Shown: positions 29,481 to 44,688 of the stretch, piece by piece
Position numbering within the stretch: the stretch's first letter is position 1
How the letters are laid out: each line of letters begins with the position of its first letter
Source: Paramoeba atlantica
Taxonomy: Eukaryota > Protista > Discosea
Length of the DNA stretch: 60,995 nucleotides
Assembly: GCA_977017575.1 (NCBI GenBank)
Contig: CDRNVI010000172.1
Location: 1-60,995 of the forward strand
Reading direction: 5' to 3'
Translations under genes and position numbers: made by a program
Notes under the pieces: model-generated
Told to the model about the DNA's origin: nothing
Database searches by the model: none
Seen by the model: only the letters and a program-made list of their open reading frames with translations

Positions 29481-32315
29481 ATGGACAATCCTCAGGCCCA
29501 AAAGACAACTTCACATCCTCCAAAATTCCTTGGCAATTGCTTGTACCAAAGATGCAGAGGCCAACACCAAAAAGTAATAGTCTCCCGATGTGAGAAGTGC
29601 CTCCTTACATTCTGCTCCTTTTCCCACCACAGGAAGTCACAAACTCTCTGTCACCCTCTTCCTCCTCCCCCCCCCCAACCTCTCCCATCCCTAACCTCCC
29701 CTCCCTGCTCTCCCTCCAATCCCTCCTCCCACCCTCCCTCCCCAATTCCCTCCCACCCTCCCTCCCCACTCCCCTCCCCCACTCCCTATCCCTCTCTGCA
29801 TCTCAATTTTAATCCTGATCTCGATCCCTCCAGCACCCCTCCCCCTTCATGTAACAACCCTGAATGCAATGGTAAAGCAGAAGTTGGCTCCCACATCTCC
29901 TGTAACCACTGCCAAATGCATTATTGTTCAACACAATGCCACAACAGCACAGAAAACCATCCCATCACCCCTTTTCCTCCTCCCCCATCTCACCCCTCAC
30001 CTCACACACCTCTCCACCCTCCTTCCCATCCACCTCATTTGCCCCCCCCCCAAGCCCACCTCACCACCTCCCTTCCCACACCCCCTCTCACTCCCCTCTC
30101 ACTCCCCCTCCCCAACAACTTTCCCACCGCCCTTCTTCTCATGGCCCACCTTCTTTTCAACAAACTCCTCCCTCCCTCTCCCTTATCCTTGAACTCTTCG
30201 AAAATGGCTCCTATGAAGATATAGTCTTAACTGTCCCCCGCTTCAGAAACTTGGATCGCGCAAGAACAAGCTCCCTCCAAACATGCAGAGCTCGTGACCT
30301 CCTTGGACTTGGAATCAACCACTTCTTTGATGGCCAACACCATTCTCTCCTCAGATTTCAAAAATGCTCAACAAACAAAGCAAGATGAGATATCGTCCCC
30401 CTTCTCTTGAATCGCAAGTAGCACGGGGAGAATAGCCTTTCTCCTACAGTTCTGGCAACACTGGAAACCTGCACCACAGCCTCCCAAAATCTCGCTCACA
30501 AATGTCAAAGACAACTTCTTTTTCATCTGTGGGGATGGATCTGTTGCTACCAACCCAAATGGATGGTGCGTTGGAAGCTCATCACTCTGTGTCATTCGTG
30601 AGAACAAGGAAATTGTCCACTCTCTCATCCATTCTCCCAAGCCCTGAAAACCATATTAACTGGAGAAACCACGAGAACAACTCTTTGGCAGATAGGATCA
30701 CAAGTTTAGCAGTACACAGAGGATGCCCTGACAACACCTGGAGAATCACACCCATCCTCAACCCAGACCCACAACACATCCAACAACTCTTCTTCAATCA
30801 TGGGCGCTCTACAACCCTTCCTCATGGAAGCAAAGAAGAGGCTGCAATGAACTTCATCCTCTCTCTTGAAGGAGACTCCTTCTCAAAACACATCCCCCTC
30901 CGCTACATGGACTCAGTACCACTCTGCCTTCGTGATACAGTCATCAAAACTTTTTGTGCTGTATGACACCTCTTTCATAAGATACCCCAACTCCTGATCC
31001 TCCTCCCAAAATGGATCATTGGCTGCCTTAGAAGGAGTACTCGAGGAATGAAAGAAGTGAAATCTTGATGCACCATGGTGCGAAATTTTGAGTGGGAGAG
31101 ACTCCACAAAAAACTCGAGGGCAAGCTCAGCAAACTCAAGCAAAAGAGGAGGCAGAAGTCCACCAAGAAAACCAAGGCAGACCAGATTATTGAAGAGGTC
31201 AGAAAAGGACATCTCTCCAAAGCTGCAAGGAAGCTTCAATCCAAGAGTGGATTCAGGGATCTCTCAGTCCCAGAAAATCGTGAAACTGCGAAGAACCTCT
31301 ACCCAAGATCTGAGCAGGCGTGGACTCCACCAGATGGAGAAGAAATTCCTGACTGGAAACCAGCAATCCTTGAACAAGATGAGTTTCAGTCCTTTGACTC
31401 ACTTGATCTGGCCCTTCGGAGACTTCCAAAAGGCCGCACACCAGGGCTCTCAGGAATGTCTTATGAGTTTGTCACACTCCTATGCACAGACCGAGAACTC
31501 TGCTCAACCCTCAAAGAATTGACTGTCTTAATCACCAACCAAAAACTCAATGAAACCATACACAACATCATGGCAACCTCTCTCTTCATTCCTCTGGCAA
31601 AAGGGTCCAGCAAGGAGATCCCCTCGGGACAATTTTCTTTTGTCTGGGATTTCATGGAATCCTCAATCCAATCTTTCAGAAGGTTGATGCTCCACCGAAT
31701 GCACTTCTTCTTCTCCTCTTTGTCGATGATATATTTGTTTGTGGGAGCCCAGTTGCCATTGCAGAAATCACCACTCAGATCCAGAGTGTCCTCCCAAATG
31801 CCAACCTCAAACTTGGCACAGAAAGGGGCAAAATGGTCTGTTTCTCTCCCGAAGCGCCCAGGAGCAATGACCTCAAAAATCTTGGCATTGGGAAGGCGGA
31901 AGTAATCACAGTTCTAGGGTCACCCATCGGGCTGAACTCAAATTTCCAAGTGGCTTCACACCCTTGCTCAAGAATACCAACAAGCATCGCAAGACCACTG
32001 TTTAATAATGTTCTCCAACCCCCATGAAAGTCTTGAGCTTTTTGTTAAAACCATCACACCCAAACTAACATACATCTGTTGCACAACACCTCTCTCTTTA
32101 ACCCCTTTCCAAGACTTCATCAAGCAAACCACTACAACAAACATCAATTACCTCCTCAACCCCCTCCAAGTCCCCCACCTGCATCCAAACAAAGAACTCC
32201 ATCTCTCTCAAGTAGAAGCTGCAGGCCTTCCAAAGTCAAAAGGTGGTGGTGGCTTGAGCTACTCTCAGAACACCCACCAAGCAGCCTTCCTTGGCTCCTG
32301 GATCTCAGTCTACCA
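29481..32315 (+). mobile_element. Degenerate CRE-clade-like non-LTR retrotransposon (N-terminal Zn fingers, RT, thumb), internally deleted and 3'-truncated
   Basis: Cys/His clusters in ORF 29481..30224; GHLSKAARKL, LPKGRTPGLSGMSYE, IPLAK; frameshifted VQQGDPLGTIFFCLG, LFVDDI, VLGSPIG; PKLTYI and LPKSKGGGGL...AAFLGS. Clade assignment is by motif recall. Confidence 0.75.
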
Positions 32316-32999
32316 AAGAGAGAAAACCCGATCAAAAAAGGGAAGAAAGGGGAACAAGAAAAAGGGGAACAAGAAAAAGAGGAACAAAAAAAAGAGAAAA
32401 AGTGAGAAAGTGAAAAAGTGAAAAAAAAGAGAAGAGATAAAAGTGAAAAAGAGAAGAAAAAACAGAAAAGTAAAGAAATAAAAAAAATAAAGAGAGAACC
32501 CATTCCGGTCCCATTCATAAAGGGCAAAAAAGTTCGAGAAAGAGGAAAGAAAAAAAGAGAGAAAAAAGAAAAAAAGAGAGAAAAAAGAAAAAGAGAGAGA
32601 AAAAAGAAAAAGAGAGAGAAAAGAAAAAAGAGAGAGAAAAGAAAAAAGAAAAAGAGAGAGAAAAGAAAAAGAGAAGAGAGAGAAGAGAAAAGGCAAAACA
32701 AAACCAATGAGGCCAGAAAAATTATGAACCCTAAAATCTTTTTTTTTGGTGCTAAAATAAACCAGCGTTGAAAAAATATTTTACAAGGAAATTTTGATGA
32801 GAATTTTTTTTTCAATGCCCTGAAAAACCTTTGCAATTGCGCTCCTTTCCCTTGGCAACCCGGTGAGAGAGAGGAAAGAGCGAAAGGAGAAGAAAAGAGG
32901 AAAGAGAAAAAGAAAAGAAAGAAAGAGAAATTAAAAAAAGAATTAACTTAAAAAAAAAAGAACTAAAAAAAAAGGGAAAGAGGAAGAAGGAGAGAAGGA

Positions 33000-33182
33000 G
33001 GGAAGAAGGAGGGAAGAAGGAGGGAAGAAGGAGGGAAGAGGGAGGGAAGAGGGAGGGAAGAAGGAGGGAAGAAGGAGGGAAGAAGGAGGGAAGAAGGAGG
33101 GAAGAGGGAGGGAAGAGGGAGGGAAGAAGGAGGGAAGAGGGAGGGAAGAAGGAGGGAAGAGGGAGGGAAGAGGGAGGGAAGG
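33000..33182. repeat. 11-bp purine tandem repeat (GGAAGAAGGAG / GGAAGAGGGAG), about 16 copies
   Basis: Directly visible periodicity. Confidence 0.9.
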
Positions 33183-35181
33183 TAAGGAAGGAGGAAAGGT
33201 TGGGGAAGGTTGGGAAGAGGTGGGTGAAGTATGTTCTTGAGGTTTATTCTTTTTTCTTTCTCTTTTCTTTTTGTTTTTGTTTTTTTTTGTTTTTTTTTTT
33301 GTTTTTTTTCGATTTTTCTTTTTTTTTTTGTTTTTTCTTCTTTATCATTTTCCTCTTTATCTTTTTCCTCTTTTTAATCTTTTCCCCTCTCTTCTCTTTT
33401 TCTCCCTTTTTCCTTCTCTCTTTCTTTTCTCTTTCTTTTCTCTTTCTTTCTTCATTGGTTTTTTTTTTCTTTTTTTCTTTTGTTTTTTTGTTTTTTTTCT
33501 TTTTTTTCTTTGTTTTTTTTTCTTTTGTTTTTTCTTTTTTTCTTTTTTTTTTGTGTGTTTTTCCTTTTTTTTTCTTTTCTTTTCTTTTCTTTTATCTTTT
33601 GTTTTTTGTCTTCTTTATCTTTTATCTTTCCTCTTTTTAATCTTTCTCCCCCCCTCTTCTCTTTTCTCCTCTTTCCCCTCTTTCTCCTTCTCTTTTCTTT
33701 TCTTTCCTTCTCTTTCTTTCCTTTTAAAACAGTGAAGTCGTTGAATTAGAAAAGAGTGAAATCACGTATCAAAAAAGATCCTTTTTCTTCACAGTTTTTT
33801 TCTTTTCTTTTCTTTTTTTTCTTTTTTTTTTTCTTTTTTCTTTTTTTTTCTCTTTTTTTTCTCTTTTTTCTTTCTTTTCTGTCTTTGTTTTTCTTTTTTT
33901 CTTTTCCTTCTTTTTTTTTTCTTTTTCCTTTTCCTTTTTTTTCCTTTTTTTTCCTTTTCTTTTCTTTTCTTTTTTGTTTTTTTTTGTTGTTTTTTTTTCC
34001 TTTTTTTTCCTTTTCCTCCTCTTTCTCCTTTCTTTTCTTGACAAAGCGAAAATAAAAAGAAAATTGTTGGTTCTCTTTTTTCTCTTTCTCTTTTCCCTCT
34101 TCCTTTCCTTTTTTTTCCTTTTCCTTTTTTCTTTTTCTTTTTTCTTTCTTTTTTTCTTTTTTTCTTCTCTTTGTTTCTTTTATCTTTTCTTTTTTTCTCT
34201 TTTTTTTTCTTTTTTCTTTCTTTTTTCTTTTTTTGTTTTCCTTTTCTTTTTTTCTTTTCTTTTTTTTTTCTTTTCTTTTTCTTTTTTTTCTTTTTTTTTC
34301 TTTTTTTTCTTTTGTTTTTATTTATTTTTTTGTTTATTTTTCTCTTTTTTTTTTTCTTTTCCCTTTCCTTTCCCTTTTCTTTTTTTTTTCTTTCTTTTTT
34401 TTTCCTTTCTGTTTTCTTTCTTTTTTTCATTTTTTTTTGTTCAAAAGATTCGAAAAATCGCAAATGAAAAAGAGAGAAGTTGCCACACAAATTCAAAGTT
34501 GGATAAGGAGGGCAAAGAGAAGAGAGACCAAACAACACAAAAGAGGATTATTTCGTGATAATTTTCATACTCTCTGGGTCTGATTTTTCGAATTAGTACC
34601 CCAGAGAGAATGAAGAATCCACCAAAAAAAAAAGAAAAGAAGATCCCATCAGTCAGTCAGGGGGATTGGGGGTGTTGTGTCTGTGTTGTTTTGGTGTAAA
34701 GAAATATCCACGTTTTTTTTTGAAACAAAATATCTGGTTTGGTGCTCTTGGATTCTAAAAAAATTGTTCATCATTGGTTTTTTTTTCTTTTTTTCTTTCT
34801 TTTTTTCTTTCTTTTTTTCTTTCTTGTTGTTCTTCTTTTTCTGGCACTGTTTTTCAGGGTTTTTTGGGTCCAACATATTGTGGTTTTATATTAATATTGT
34901 CGTCTCAATAAAACACCACCTCCCTCCCAATATCTTTTTCTTAATTATGTGTGTGGGTCCTTCTTAAAATCCCAATGCCCACAGATAACTGATTGTGTTG
35001 GGAAGAAGGAAAAAAAAGTATCTTTCCACACACACTGAATAAAGAAAAGGAGTGTGTTGTGTGAGTGTCATTCTTCCGCTGCCATTCCAGAAAAAGAAAA
35101 AAAAACTCTTTGGTGAATGTCTCAAAAAGAAAGAAGATTTTTGTTAAAGTTTCAATTTATATTTTTTTATACAAGCTTTTT

Positions 35182-36258
<1,077 letters not shown>

Positions 36259-38429
36259 TTATTTTTTAGCGCTCTACTTTTTTTTCGTTTGTTTTCTGTT
36301 TTTTTTTTGCGTTTTGTTGTTTTTTTGTGGTGAACGAGAGGAGAAGAGAGCGCTCTCTTCTTTCTGTTTGTTTTTGTTTGTTGTGTTTTTGTTTTGTTTG
36401 TTTGTTTTGTTTGTTTGTTTTGTTTTGTGTGTTATTTGTTTTGTTTGTTTTGCCAATCTCACCAACCACCATTGCGCAGTTTTGTGGTGGTGTGTGTTTT
36501 GTGTTTTTTTGTGTTGTGTGAGGGTTTGTTCTTCTCCTCACACCCCCTCCGCCCCCTTCTCTCTCTCTCTCTCACCTCATTTTTTAACACACAGAGGAGA
36601 GAGGAGAAGGGAAAAAGAACCTCTCTCTCTCTTTGATGAAGGGAGATAAAAAGCAAAGAATGCGAAAAGAGGTGGTTTGTGTACTCTCTTCCTCCCTTTT
36701 TTTTTTATCAAACACACTTCTCTTCTCTCACACTCCTGACCATTTTTTTCCCCTTTCTCTCTCTCTTTCTTTCCCCTCTTTCTTTCTCTTCCCTTTCCTT
36801 CACACAGTTCTCAAAGGAACAAAACATAAAAGTGGGGGGGGAAAGGGTGGCGTTTTGGTTCACCCACATAAAAGAGCAAATATTCGGGAACACAACAATC
36901 GAAAGTAGAGGGGCAGTGGGTGAAAAGGGGGAGAGAAGATCACCAGAGAGACACCCAATAGAGAGAGTAATGTTTGTGGTGGATGATCTCTCTTCTCTTT
37001 TTAGCCCTCTTGAGAGGCCTTTCTTCGAGCGTGTGTTTTGGCGATGATGGTGTAATGTTTGGTGTATACTTCTCTTTTGAAAATGTTGGTTATTCACGAA
37101 GAACTTTACCACTGATATATGTTTCTGCTCTCTCTCTCTCTCCTTTCCCAAAAAATCCATGTTTGGTGTTGTTGGTGTGTGATTAGACCCTCTCTCCTCC
37201 CTCCTCTCTCTCTCCCCACTCTCGCTGCTGCGCCCTATCCCTCTGTTTCTTATCATTTTTTCGAGGAGTAAAAGCTCTTTCTTCTTAGTTTTCTTCTTTT
37301 GGAGGGTTCCTTGACACCTTCTTTGTCTCTTGAAATATTTGTTTCTTGGATTGGTGACAGTGATATTGGATTGGATCTCTCTCCTCTTCTTTAAGTGGTA
37401 TGTCCTATCATACTGAAATCAATTGTCTTCTTTCTCGAAAAAAATGTGACTTTCTCGACAAAAGGTATACCTACCACGTATCGGACCCTGTATGTATCGT
37501 TATACTACACACACACACAACACACAACACACAATAAGATTTTTTGCAACACACTGAGAAGGTTACTTTTTTGCATGGATTATTTTTTCTGTCTGTGTTT
37601 GGTGTGTTTTGTTGTTTATATTTTTTGTATTTGTCTCTTTGTGTTTTAAAAATGGGGTGTGTGTGTGTGTGTTAATGTTGTTTTTGTGTTTTTGTTTTGT
37701 TTTGTTTTTTGAGAAGAGGAAGGGAAGGAAGGGAAGGAAGGAAGGAAGGAAGGGTGTGTGAAAAATTTATTAATTTGTACAAAAAATAGTTTGTTGTCTC
37801 TCAAAGCCAAATTCTCAAATTGAAAAAAAGACACGAATCCCCAGATTCCGCTCCAAAAGTTCATCAAGAAGAAAACACACAAAAAGAATGAAAAGAATTT
37901 AGATCACCAAGATTGGTGTATTAATTGAAAGAAGTGTCCCGTCCATTTTGAGGGGAATACGAAATCGTTGTAAATGATTGATGTCCATTTTAAAAGAAGG
38001 TTTTGTGTTCTTGTTAATTTGTTCTTGTTGAACTTGTTTTTTTATTATTTGTTTTATTTTTTGCTTTTGGTATTTTTGGTATTTGTTTTTGTTCTTTTCT
38101 TTTTTGTGGCGATTGGTTTGGTTTGGTTTGGTTGGTTTGTCTGTTATTATTGGAAAGAGTGTTTTTGTTATTGTATTAGTTATTAGTATTTAATTAATTA
38201 AAATTCTCTGATACTAAAATCTGATTCTTCCCCCTCCCCCTTCTCTTAACTAGTGTGAGGACATCTTTTTTGTTTCCTTTGTTACAAAGACCTCCTTCCA
38301 ATCACAACCCTTTTTGAAAATATGAGTGGCACAGGTTTCCCTTTATTTTGTGTTTTGTTGTTTCAGTGTTTCAGTGTTTGGTTTGTTAGTTATTTTGATT
38401 GTGTGGATTTGTTTGTCTTTTTTAGTATG

Positions 38430-39520
38430 ATGTGATTATTCTGTTGTGTTGGTTTGTTGTTGGTTTGTTGTTGGTTTGTTGTTGGTTTATTGTTGGTTTG
38501 TTGTTGGTTTGTTGGTTTGTTGGTTTGTTGGTTTGTTTGTCGTTTTGTTTGTTTGTTGTTGTTGTTGTGTCATTCAGTGTTACTTTTGTTTTGTTTGTTG
38601 TGATTGTGTTTGTTGTGATTGTGATTGTTGTGATTGTAGTTAAGTTATAGTTATTGTTGCTGTTGTTTATGATTGTTTATTGTTTTTCTTGTTGTTTGTT
38701 GTTTATTGTTTGTTGTTGTTTGTTGTTATTGTTGTTATTATGAATTATTGGTTTGTGATTGTGATTGCAATTGTTATGATTGTTGTTACTATTTTTTAAA
38801 ATCATTATTGTTATTATTGTATTGTTTAGTTTGTTGTTGTTATTTGATTGTTATTGCTTTTATTATCATTGTTAATTGTTAAATTGTTAATAATAGAATG
38901 GTGACATCTTTGTTTCTTTGTTATAAGACTCCCTCCACAGGCCTTTTTTTATATTACTCTGTTTCCAACAATCCCGACTATTGTGCCACCGCCAGGTTTT
39001 TCTCTTTTATTTTGTGCTTGTTTTTGTTTTTGTTAATGGTATTGCTGTTGTGGTGGTGATGGTATTTTGATTGTGTTGTTATTTGTTGTTATTTGTTATT
39101 ATTTGTTATTGGTATTCTTGTTGTTCTTGTTGTTCTGTTCTTGTTGTTATTCTTGTTGTTGTTGTTGTTGTTGTTATTCTTGTTGTTATTCTTGTTGTTA
39201 TTCTTGTTGTTATTCTTGTTGTTATTCTTGTTGTTATTGTTATTTGTTATTCGTATTGTTCTTGTTGTTGTTCTTGTTGTTGTTGCTTGTTGTTGTTCTT
39301 GGTTGTTGTTCTTGGTTGTTGTTCTTGTTGTTGTTCTTGTTGTTATTATTGTTGTTATTATTGTTGCTATTTTGTTTTTATTGTTATTTGTTATTCGTAT
39401 TGTTATTCTTGTTGTCCTTGTTGTTGTTATTTGTTGTTATTTGTTGTTATTTGTTGTTATTATTTGTTATTTGTTGTTGATATTTGTGATTGTAATTATT
39501 ATTGTTGTTGTTGATTTTTT
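38430..39520. repeat. (TTG/TTA/GTT)n low-complexity tract
   Basis: Trinucleotide-based periodicity generating spurious C/L/V-rich ORFs. Confidence 0.9.
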
Positions 39521-40890
39521 TTTGTGTGTGTTGTGGTTATGTTGTGTTAGTAATTTTAACCAATTTTTCACAGAAAAACACAAAAAAAGAGAGAGTGTGT
39601 GGAATCATCAAGACAAAGATGTGGGTTGGGGATTTTTGGAGGGAGCCAGCCACATATAATGGTTGGTTGGTTCTTTTTGTTCTTTTGTAATATTTATATT
39701 TCTGTTTTGTTGTAATAATATTTTTTTAGTTGGTTAATTTGTCTTCTGTTTTTTGTTTGGAGGGGTGATGTGTGTGTATTTAATCAGTGTTTTGTTTGTT
39801 TGGTTTGTTTGGTTTTGTTGGAGTTAAATATTATTATTGTTAATTGTTTTTGGTCACTTTGTTGGTAGTTGGTACATCAGTGTTTTTGTGTATTGGTTGT
39901 GCATTGGTTGTGCATTGGTTGTGTGTGTAAGTTGGTTGTGTGTTGTCTTGTGTACACACCTTTTTCAAGGTTTATTGTTTGTTTGAACCAACAATCAAAA
40001 ATGACAAGAAGGTTTTCTTTTTTTTTTTTTCGTCTTTCTTTCGTTTCGTCCTTTTTCTTTTTTTTTTTTGTTCTTTTTTTCTTTTCTTTTCTTTTTTTTT
40101 CTTTCTCCCTTTTTTTTTTCTTTTTCTTTTTTTTTTTACTCTGTTCTATATTTTTTTTGATGTTGGTGTTGGTCTTGTGTATGGGGTGTGGTTTTTTGTG
40201 GGGTTGGCGTTTTTCTAGAAGAGGGTTTTAATTGATGTGCAGGTTTTTCTTTTGATTTTTCTTTTGATTTTTCTTTTGATTTTTTGGTTTCTCTTGTTTT
40301 TTTTTTTAAGAACCAAAAGTTTCCACAGACACACTGTGGTTTTTCTCTTTCTGTTTTTTGTTAATATAAATGAGGTTTGCTTTGTGGGGATGGTTTGGGT
40401 TTTTCGTTCGATAAAATGGTGAATGTAGGTGTTTTTGTGGGAATTGTGTACCTTTTTTCTGTGGTGGCACACCTTGTTTTTTTTTTTGGAGGGGGGGGGG
40501 GGTCTTTAATTGGGAGGGGGTTTGTTCAAGTTTTTAGAAAGGAAGAACACACTGTTTTGTTGAGGTTTAAAAGACTAAAAAGGTTATAATATTTGTTCAC
40601 ATAAACAAATGTTGCAGCCTCTTTGGGAATTTTCCAGAATGGACATGAAGATTGGGTTTTGACTCGCACACCACCCTCCATAAATACTTTGTGATGGGTA
40701 AATTAGCCACAGTAGCACCAATTTTGTTGGGGGGGGGTGGGGGACATATTGCCAAAATACATAATTTCCACAATTGTTTTTCAATTTGGTTGGGTGACTT
40801 GAAGGAAGGGGGGGGGAGGTTTTCGGTGGTGGTGTCGTATCTCCCTCAATCCTTTTGAAACCCATTTTTTTTTTCGATTTTTATTGAATT

Positions 40891-40963
40891 GCCTCCGTAG
40901 CTCAGTCGGTAGAGCGCTAGACTCTTAATCTAGTGGCCGCGGGTTCGAGCCCCGCCGGGGGCT
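40891..40963 (+). tRNA. tRNA-Lys(CUU), second unit
   Basis: Identical to 958..1030. Confidence 0.96.
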
Positions 40964-41326
40964 GTTTTTTTTTTCTTTTTTTTTCTTTTTTTCTTTTTCT
41001 TTTCTTTTTTTTCTCTTCTCTTTTTTTTCTTTTTTTTTGAACTCGATCTGAACTGAGCTGCTTCTTTGTTGCTCAAAGGTTTTTCTCTCTTTCTTTTTTC
41101 TTTTTCTTTTTTCTTTTTCTTCGTCAATTTGCTCTTTCAAAGGTTTTTTCTCTTCTTTTTTCTTTTTCTTTTTTTTAAACTGGTCTGAGCTGAACTGCTT
41201 CTTTGTTGATCAAAGGTTTTTCTCTCTCTTTCTCTCCCCTTTTTTTTTTCTTTTTTTTTTTTCTTTTTTTTTCTTTTTCTTTTTTCTTTTTTCTTTTTTC
41301 TTTTTTCTCTTTTTTCTTTTTTCTTT

Positions 41327-42047
41327 CACAGCCCGATAGTGAGAGCAAAATTTCCGCCAGTTCCCTATTATGGGCAGTTTTGCCATGGTCGTGTTTTCCA
41401 TACATTTTTTTGAGTTTTTTTTCAATTTTGCAGAATGAACTCGTCTGTTCGAAAGCAATTTTGTTCTTTGAAAAAACAATCTAAGATTCAGAAGAACGTT
41501 TCCCAGGTCTGGACGAGACGGATTTTTGAAAAATTAGTTTCTCTCAAAGTTATCACCCCCACAAGAGAGCCATTTGTCCAACACTTTTTCTTCGTCATTT
41601 TTTTGTTCAAGGCGAAAGGGACACCACATTTTTTGTGGAAAACGCTCATTTGTGTTGGTGTCCTTCTTTTCTTTGCAGAAAATTGACAAAGTGATTGGAT
41701 GACATTGCCTCGTGTGGAAAAAAAGGGTTGAAAGGATCAGAGAGGGTTTGCCACCAATGTAACCAACCAAGAAACCATCAAAAGAGGTGCTTTTGTCACA
41801 CTGTCTTGTCTAGATTTTCTTTTCTCTTTCCACTGAAGATCAAACCATGTTTCTTGAAAAAAAATCCCGGTGGACCACAAAAACCTTGACTCTTTCATGG
41901 ACACAATGCATCCCCTCCTCTTCGCTTGCCATCGCCAAGAAATCAAATTGGGTTTTTTGCCACCGAGTTTTGCTTTATTTGGTTGAAAAGAAATGGTCCT
42001 CAACTTTGTGCTAGTGGCGGAAATTTCGCGCCCACTATCCAGCTGTG
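41327..42047. mobile_element. MITE-like TIR element, second unit copy
   Basis: Copy of 1394..2114 at +39,933. Confidence 0.7.
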
Positions 42048-44688
42048 TTTTTCTTTTCTATTTCTTTTTTTTTGAACTTGGTCTCTCGCTCTTTTTTTCT
42101 CTTTTTTCCCCTTTTTTCCTTTTTTTTCTTTTTTTTTTTCTTTTTTTTTTTTTCTTTTTTTTTTTCTTTTCTTTTTTTTCTCTTCTCTTTTTTTTCTTTT
42201 TTTTTTTCTCCATCTGAACTCAACTGCTTCTTTGTTGCTCAAAGGTTTTTCTCTCTTTCTTTTTTCTTTTTCTTTTCTTTTTTCTTTCTTTTTTTTCTTT
42301 TTTTTCTTTTTTTTTTCTTTTTTTTTTCTTTTTTTTTTCTTTTTTTTTTCTTTTTTTTTTTTTCTTTTTTTCTCTTTTTTTTTTCTTTTTCTTTTCTTTT
42401 TTTCTTTCCAAAGGTTTTTTCTCTTCTTTTTCTTTTTTTTCTTTTCAAAGGTTTTTTCTCTCTTCTTTTTCTCTCTCTTTTTTTTGTTTTTTTTTGAACT
42501 CGGTCTGAACTGAACTGCTTCTTTGTTGCTCAAAGGTTTTTCTCTCTTTCTCTCTCTTTTTTTCCTTTCTTTTTCTTTTTTTTTTTCCTTTTTCTTTTTC
42601 CTTTTTCTTTTTCCTTTCTTTTTCTTTTTTTTTTTCCTTTTTCTTTTTCCTTTTTCTTTTTCCTTTTCTTTTCCTTTTTCTTTTTTAACCTGATGTGGGG
42701 CTACCTTCTTTTGCTCTTTGAAATGTTTTTCTTTTTCTCTCTCTTTTTCTCTCTCTTTTTCTCTTCTCTCTTTTTTCTTTCTCTTTTTAAACTTGGTCTG
42801 AGTTGAACCGCTTCTTGTCAATTTGCTCTTTCAAAGGTTTTTTCTCTTCTTTTTTTTTTCTTTTTTTTTTTCTTTTTCTTTTTCTTTTCTTTTCTTTTCT
42901 TTTCTTTTTTCTTTTCTTTTCTTTCTTTTTTTAAAACCTAATTATGTCGAACTACCTTCTTGTTGATTTACTCTTTCAAAAGTTTTTTCTTTTCTTTTTT
43001 TCTTTTTTTTTCTTTTCTTTTTTCTTTTTTTTCTTTGGATGGGCCACCCGTGTTGGATAATATGGATAATTGTGGGGGTGGTTAAATATTGGAGGGGGGG
43101 TGGGGTTGTGTTGACAAGGTTTTAGGGATGGAATAAAATAGGAGAGGGGCAAGGTCTATTTTGATTTTTTTTGGGGGGGGGTGGTAAATTTGCAATGGAT
43201 ATATTGAAAAAAAACTAAAAAGGCTTTCATATTTGTTCACAGAAACAAATGTTGCAGCCTCTTTGGAACATTTTTCAAAGGAGTGATGAGTTACGTGGAG
43301 ATATACAGATTACATATATAACACACAATACACACAGCCTGCTTTGTTCTCTCTTTTGTGTTGCCAGATGAAACTTTTTTTTTTTCCTCTTCTTTTTTTT
43401 TTCCTTTTTCTTTCTTTCATCTTTTTTCTTCCTTCTTTTTTCTTCCTTTCTTTTTCTTAAAATGATGGACCCACCCTCAATTTGATGTTGTTGTGGGTTT
43501 GAGTGTGGTATAAATGTTTCTCTACTACCCCCCCCCCTCCTTTGGCCCCACCACACAACACAAAAACAAATTTCACAAAGCTCACTTGTTATGTTGAATA
43601 AATAAAAAAAAGTGTTTTTTGTTGTCCTTTTCAAATTAAATTCTTGATTTCATTCTCAATTTTTTTTTGTTTTTCATAGTGTGTGTGGAGTGTGCAGTGT
43701 GGTGTGTGTGTGGGGGTTTGTGATTTCCTTTGAACTTTTTGTGGAAATTCTTTTTTGATACAAAGAGAAAGAAAAAGGGAAAAGCAAACTCATGAGTTGA
43801 GAGGTGAAAGAACAAAAAAAGGGTTGTTCAAAAGAAAGAACAAAGAAGAATAAAATAAGACTTTTTGGGGAAAAAAAGGGGTAAGTAAAGAAATGACGTG
43901 GCATTATTTGATTGGTCCACTTTTTTAGAACTCCAAAATTAGCTTTTCTGGGTCAAAAAAGCTGCTCTTTCTTCTCAGAGGGGTTACATACCTCATAGAT
44001 GCTCTCTCTTATTGTAAATGGAAGGAAAACATAGTCCTATTCAATCGTGACTTTTTGTAATGTCTATATTAAGAAAAGTGAGTAAAAACAGATTTGAATT
44101 GAGTTTAAAAGGTCAATCTCAGTTTTGTTTGGATCTCTTTTCATTGAAAAATATCTCGGACATTTTTGTGACATTTTTTGCTTGAAGTTTTTGTAACTTC
44201 AGACAATAAAATTTCAAAAAAATGTGGGAGTTATTTTTTATTTTGTCTGTTTCAAATATTTGAAACAAAACAAAATTGAATTTGTGGAAGGTGATTTTTT
44301 TGTTGATTCAAAAGACAGAAAAAACAACCAACTTCAATTTCTGAATAAGAAAATCATTTTTCTTCTTTTCTTTTTTTTCTTTTCCTTTTCTGGAAATAAA
44401 AAAAAATAAAAAGAATTATCTTTTTCTTTCAGTTTATTTCTCTCTCTTTTGAAAATTTGGAAACAGAATACATTTGTTTTCAAATTATTTCATGAAGAGG
44501 TTCAATGAGAAATTGCAAAGAGGATTTCTTTGTTGGAAAATTGAATTCTAACGAAAAACAAAAAACTTATTTTTTTGATAACAAAAAATTGATAAAATAC
44601 TTTGAATTCTTTTCGAAGCTACTTTTTCTTTTTTCCCAATTGGGGGAAGAAGAAAAAAATAGTCTTTTTTTTTTGGAAAAAAAATAGT

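Noticed and set aside
33726-33798. 12-bp inverted repeat bounding a 73-bp island
   Set aside because: Short, AT-rich and one mismatch; compatible with chance.
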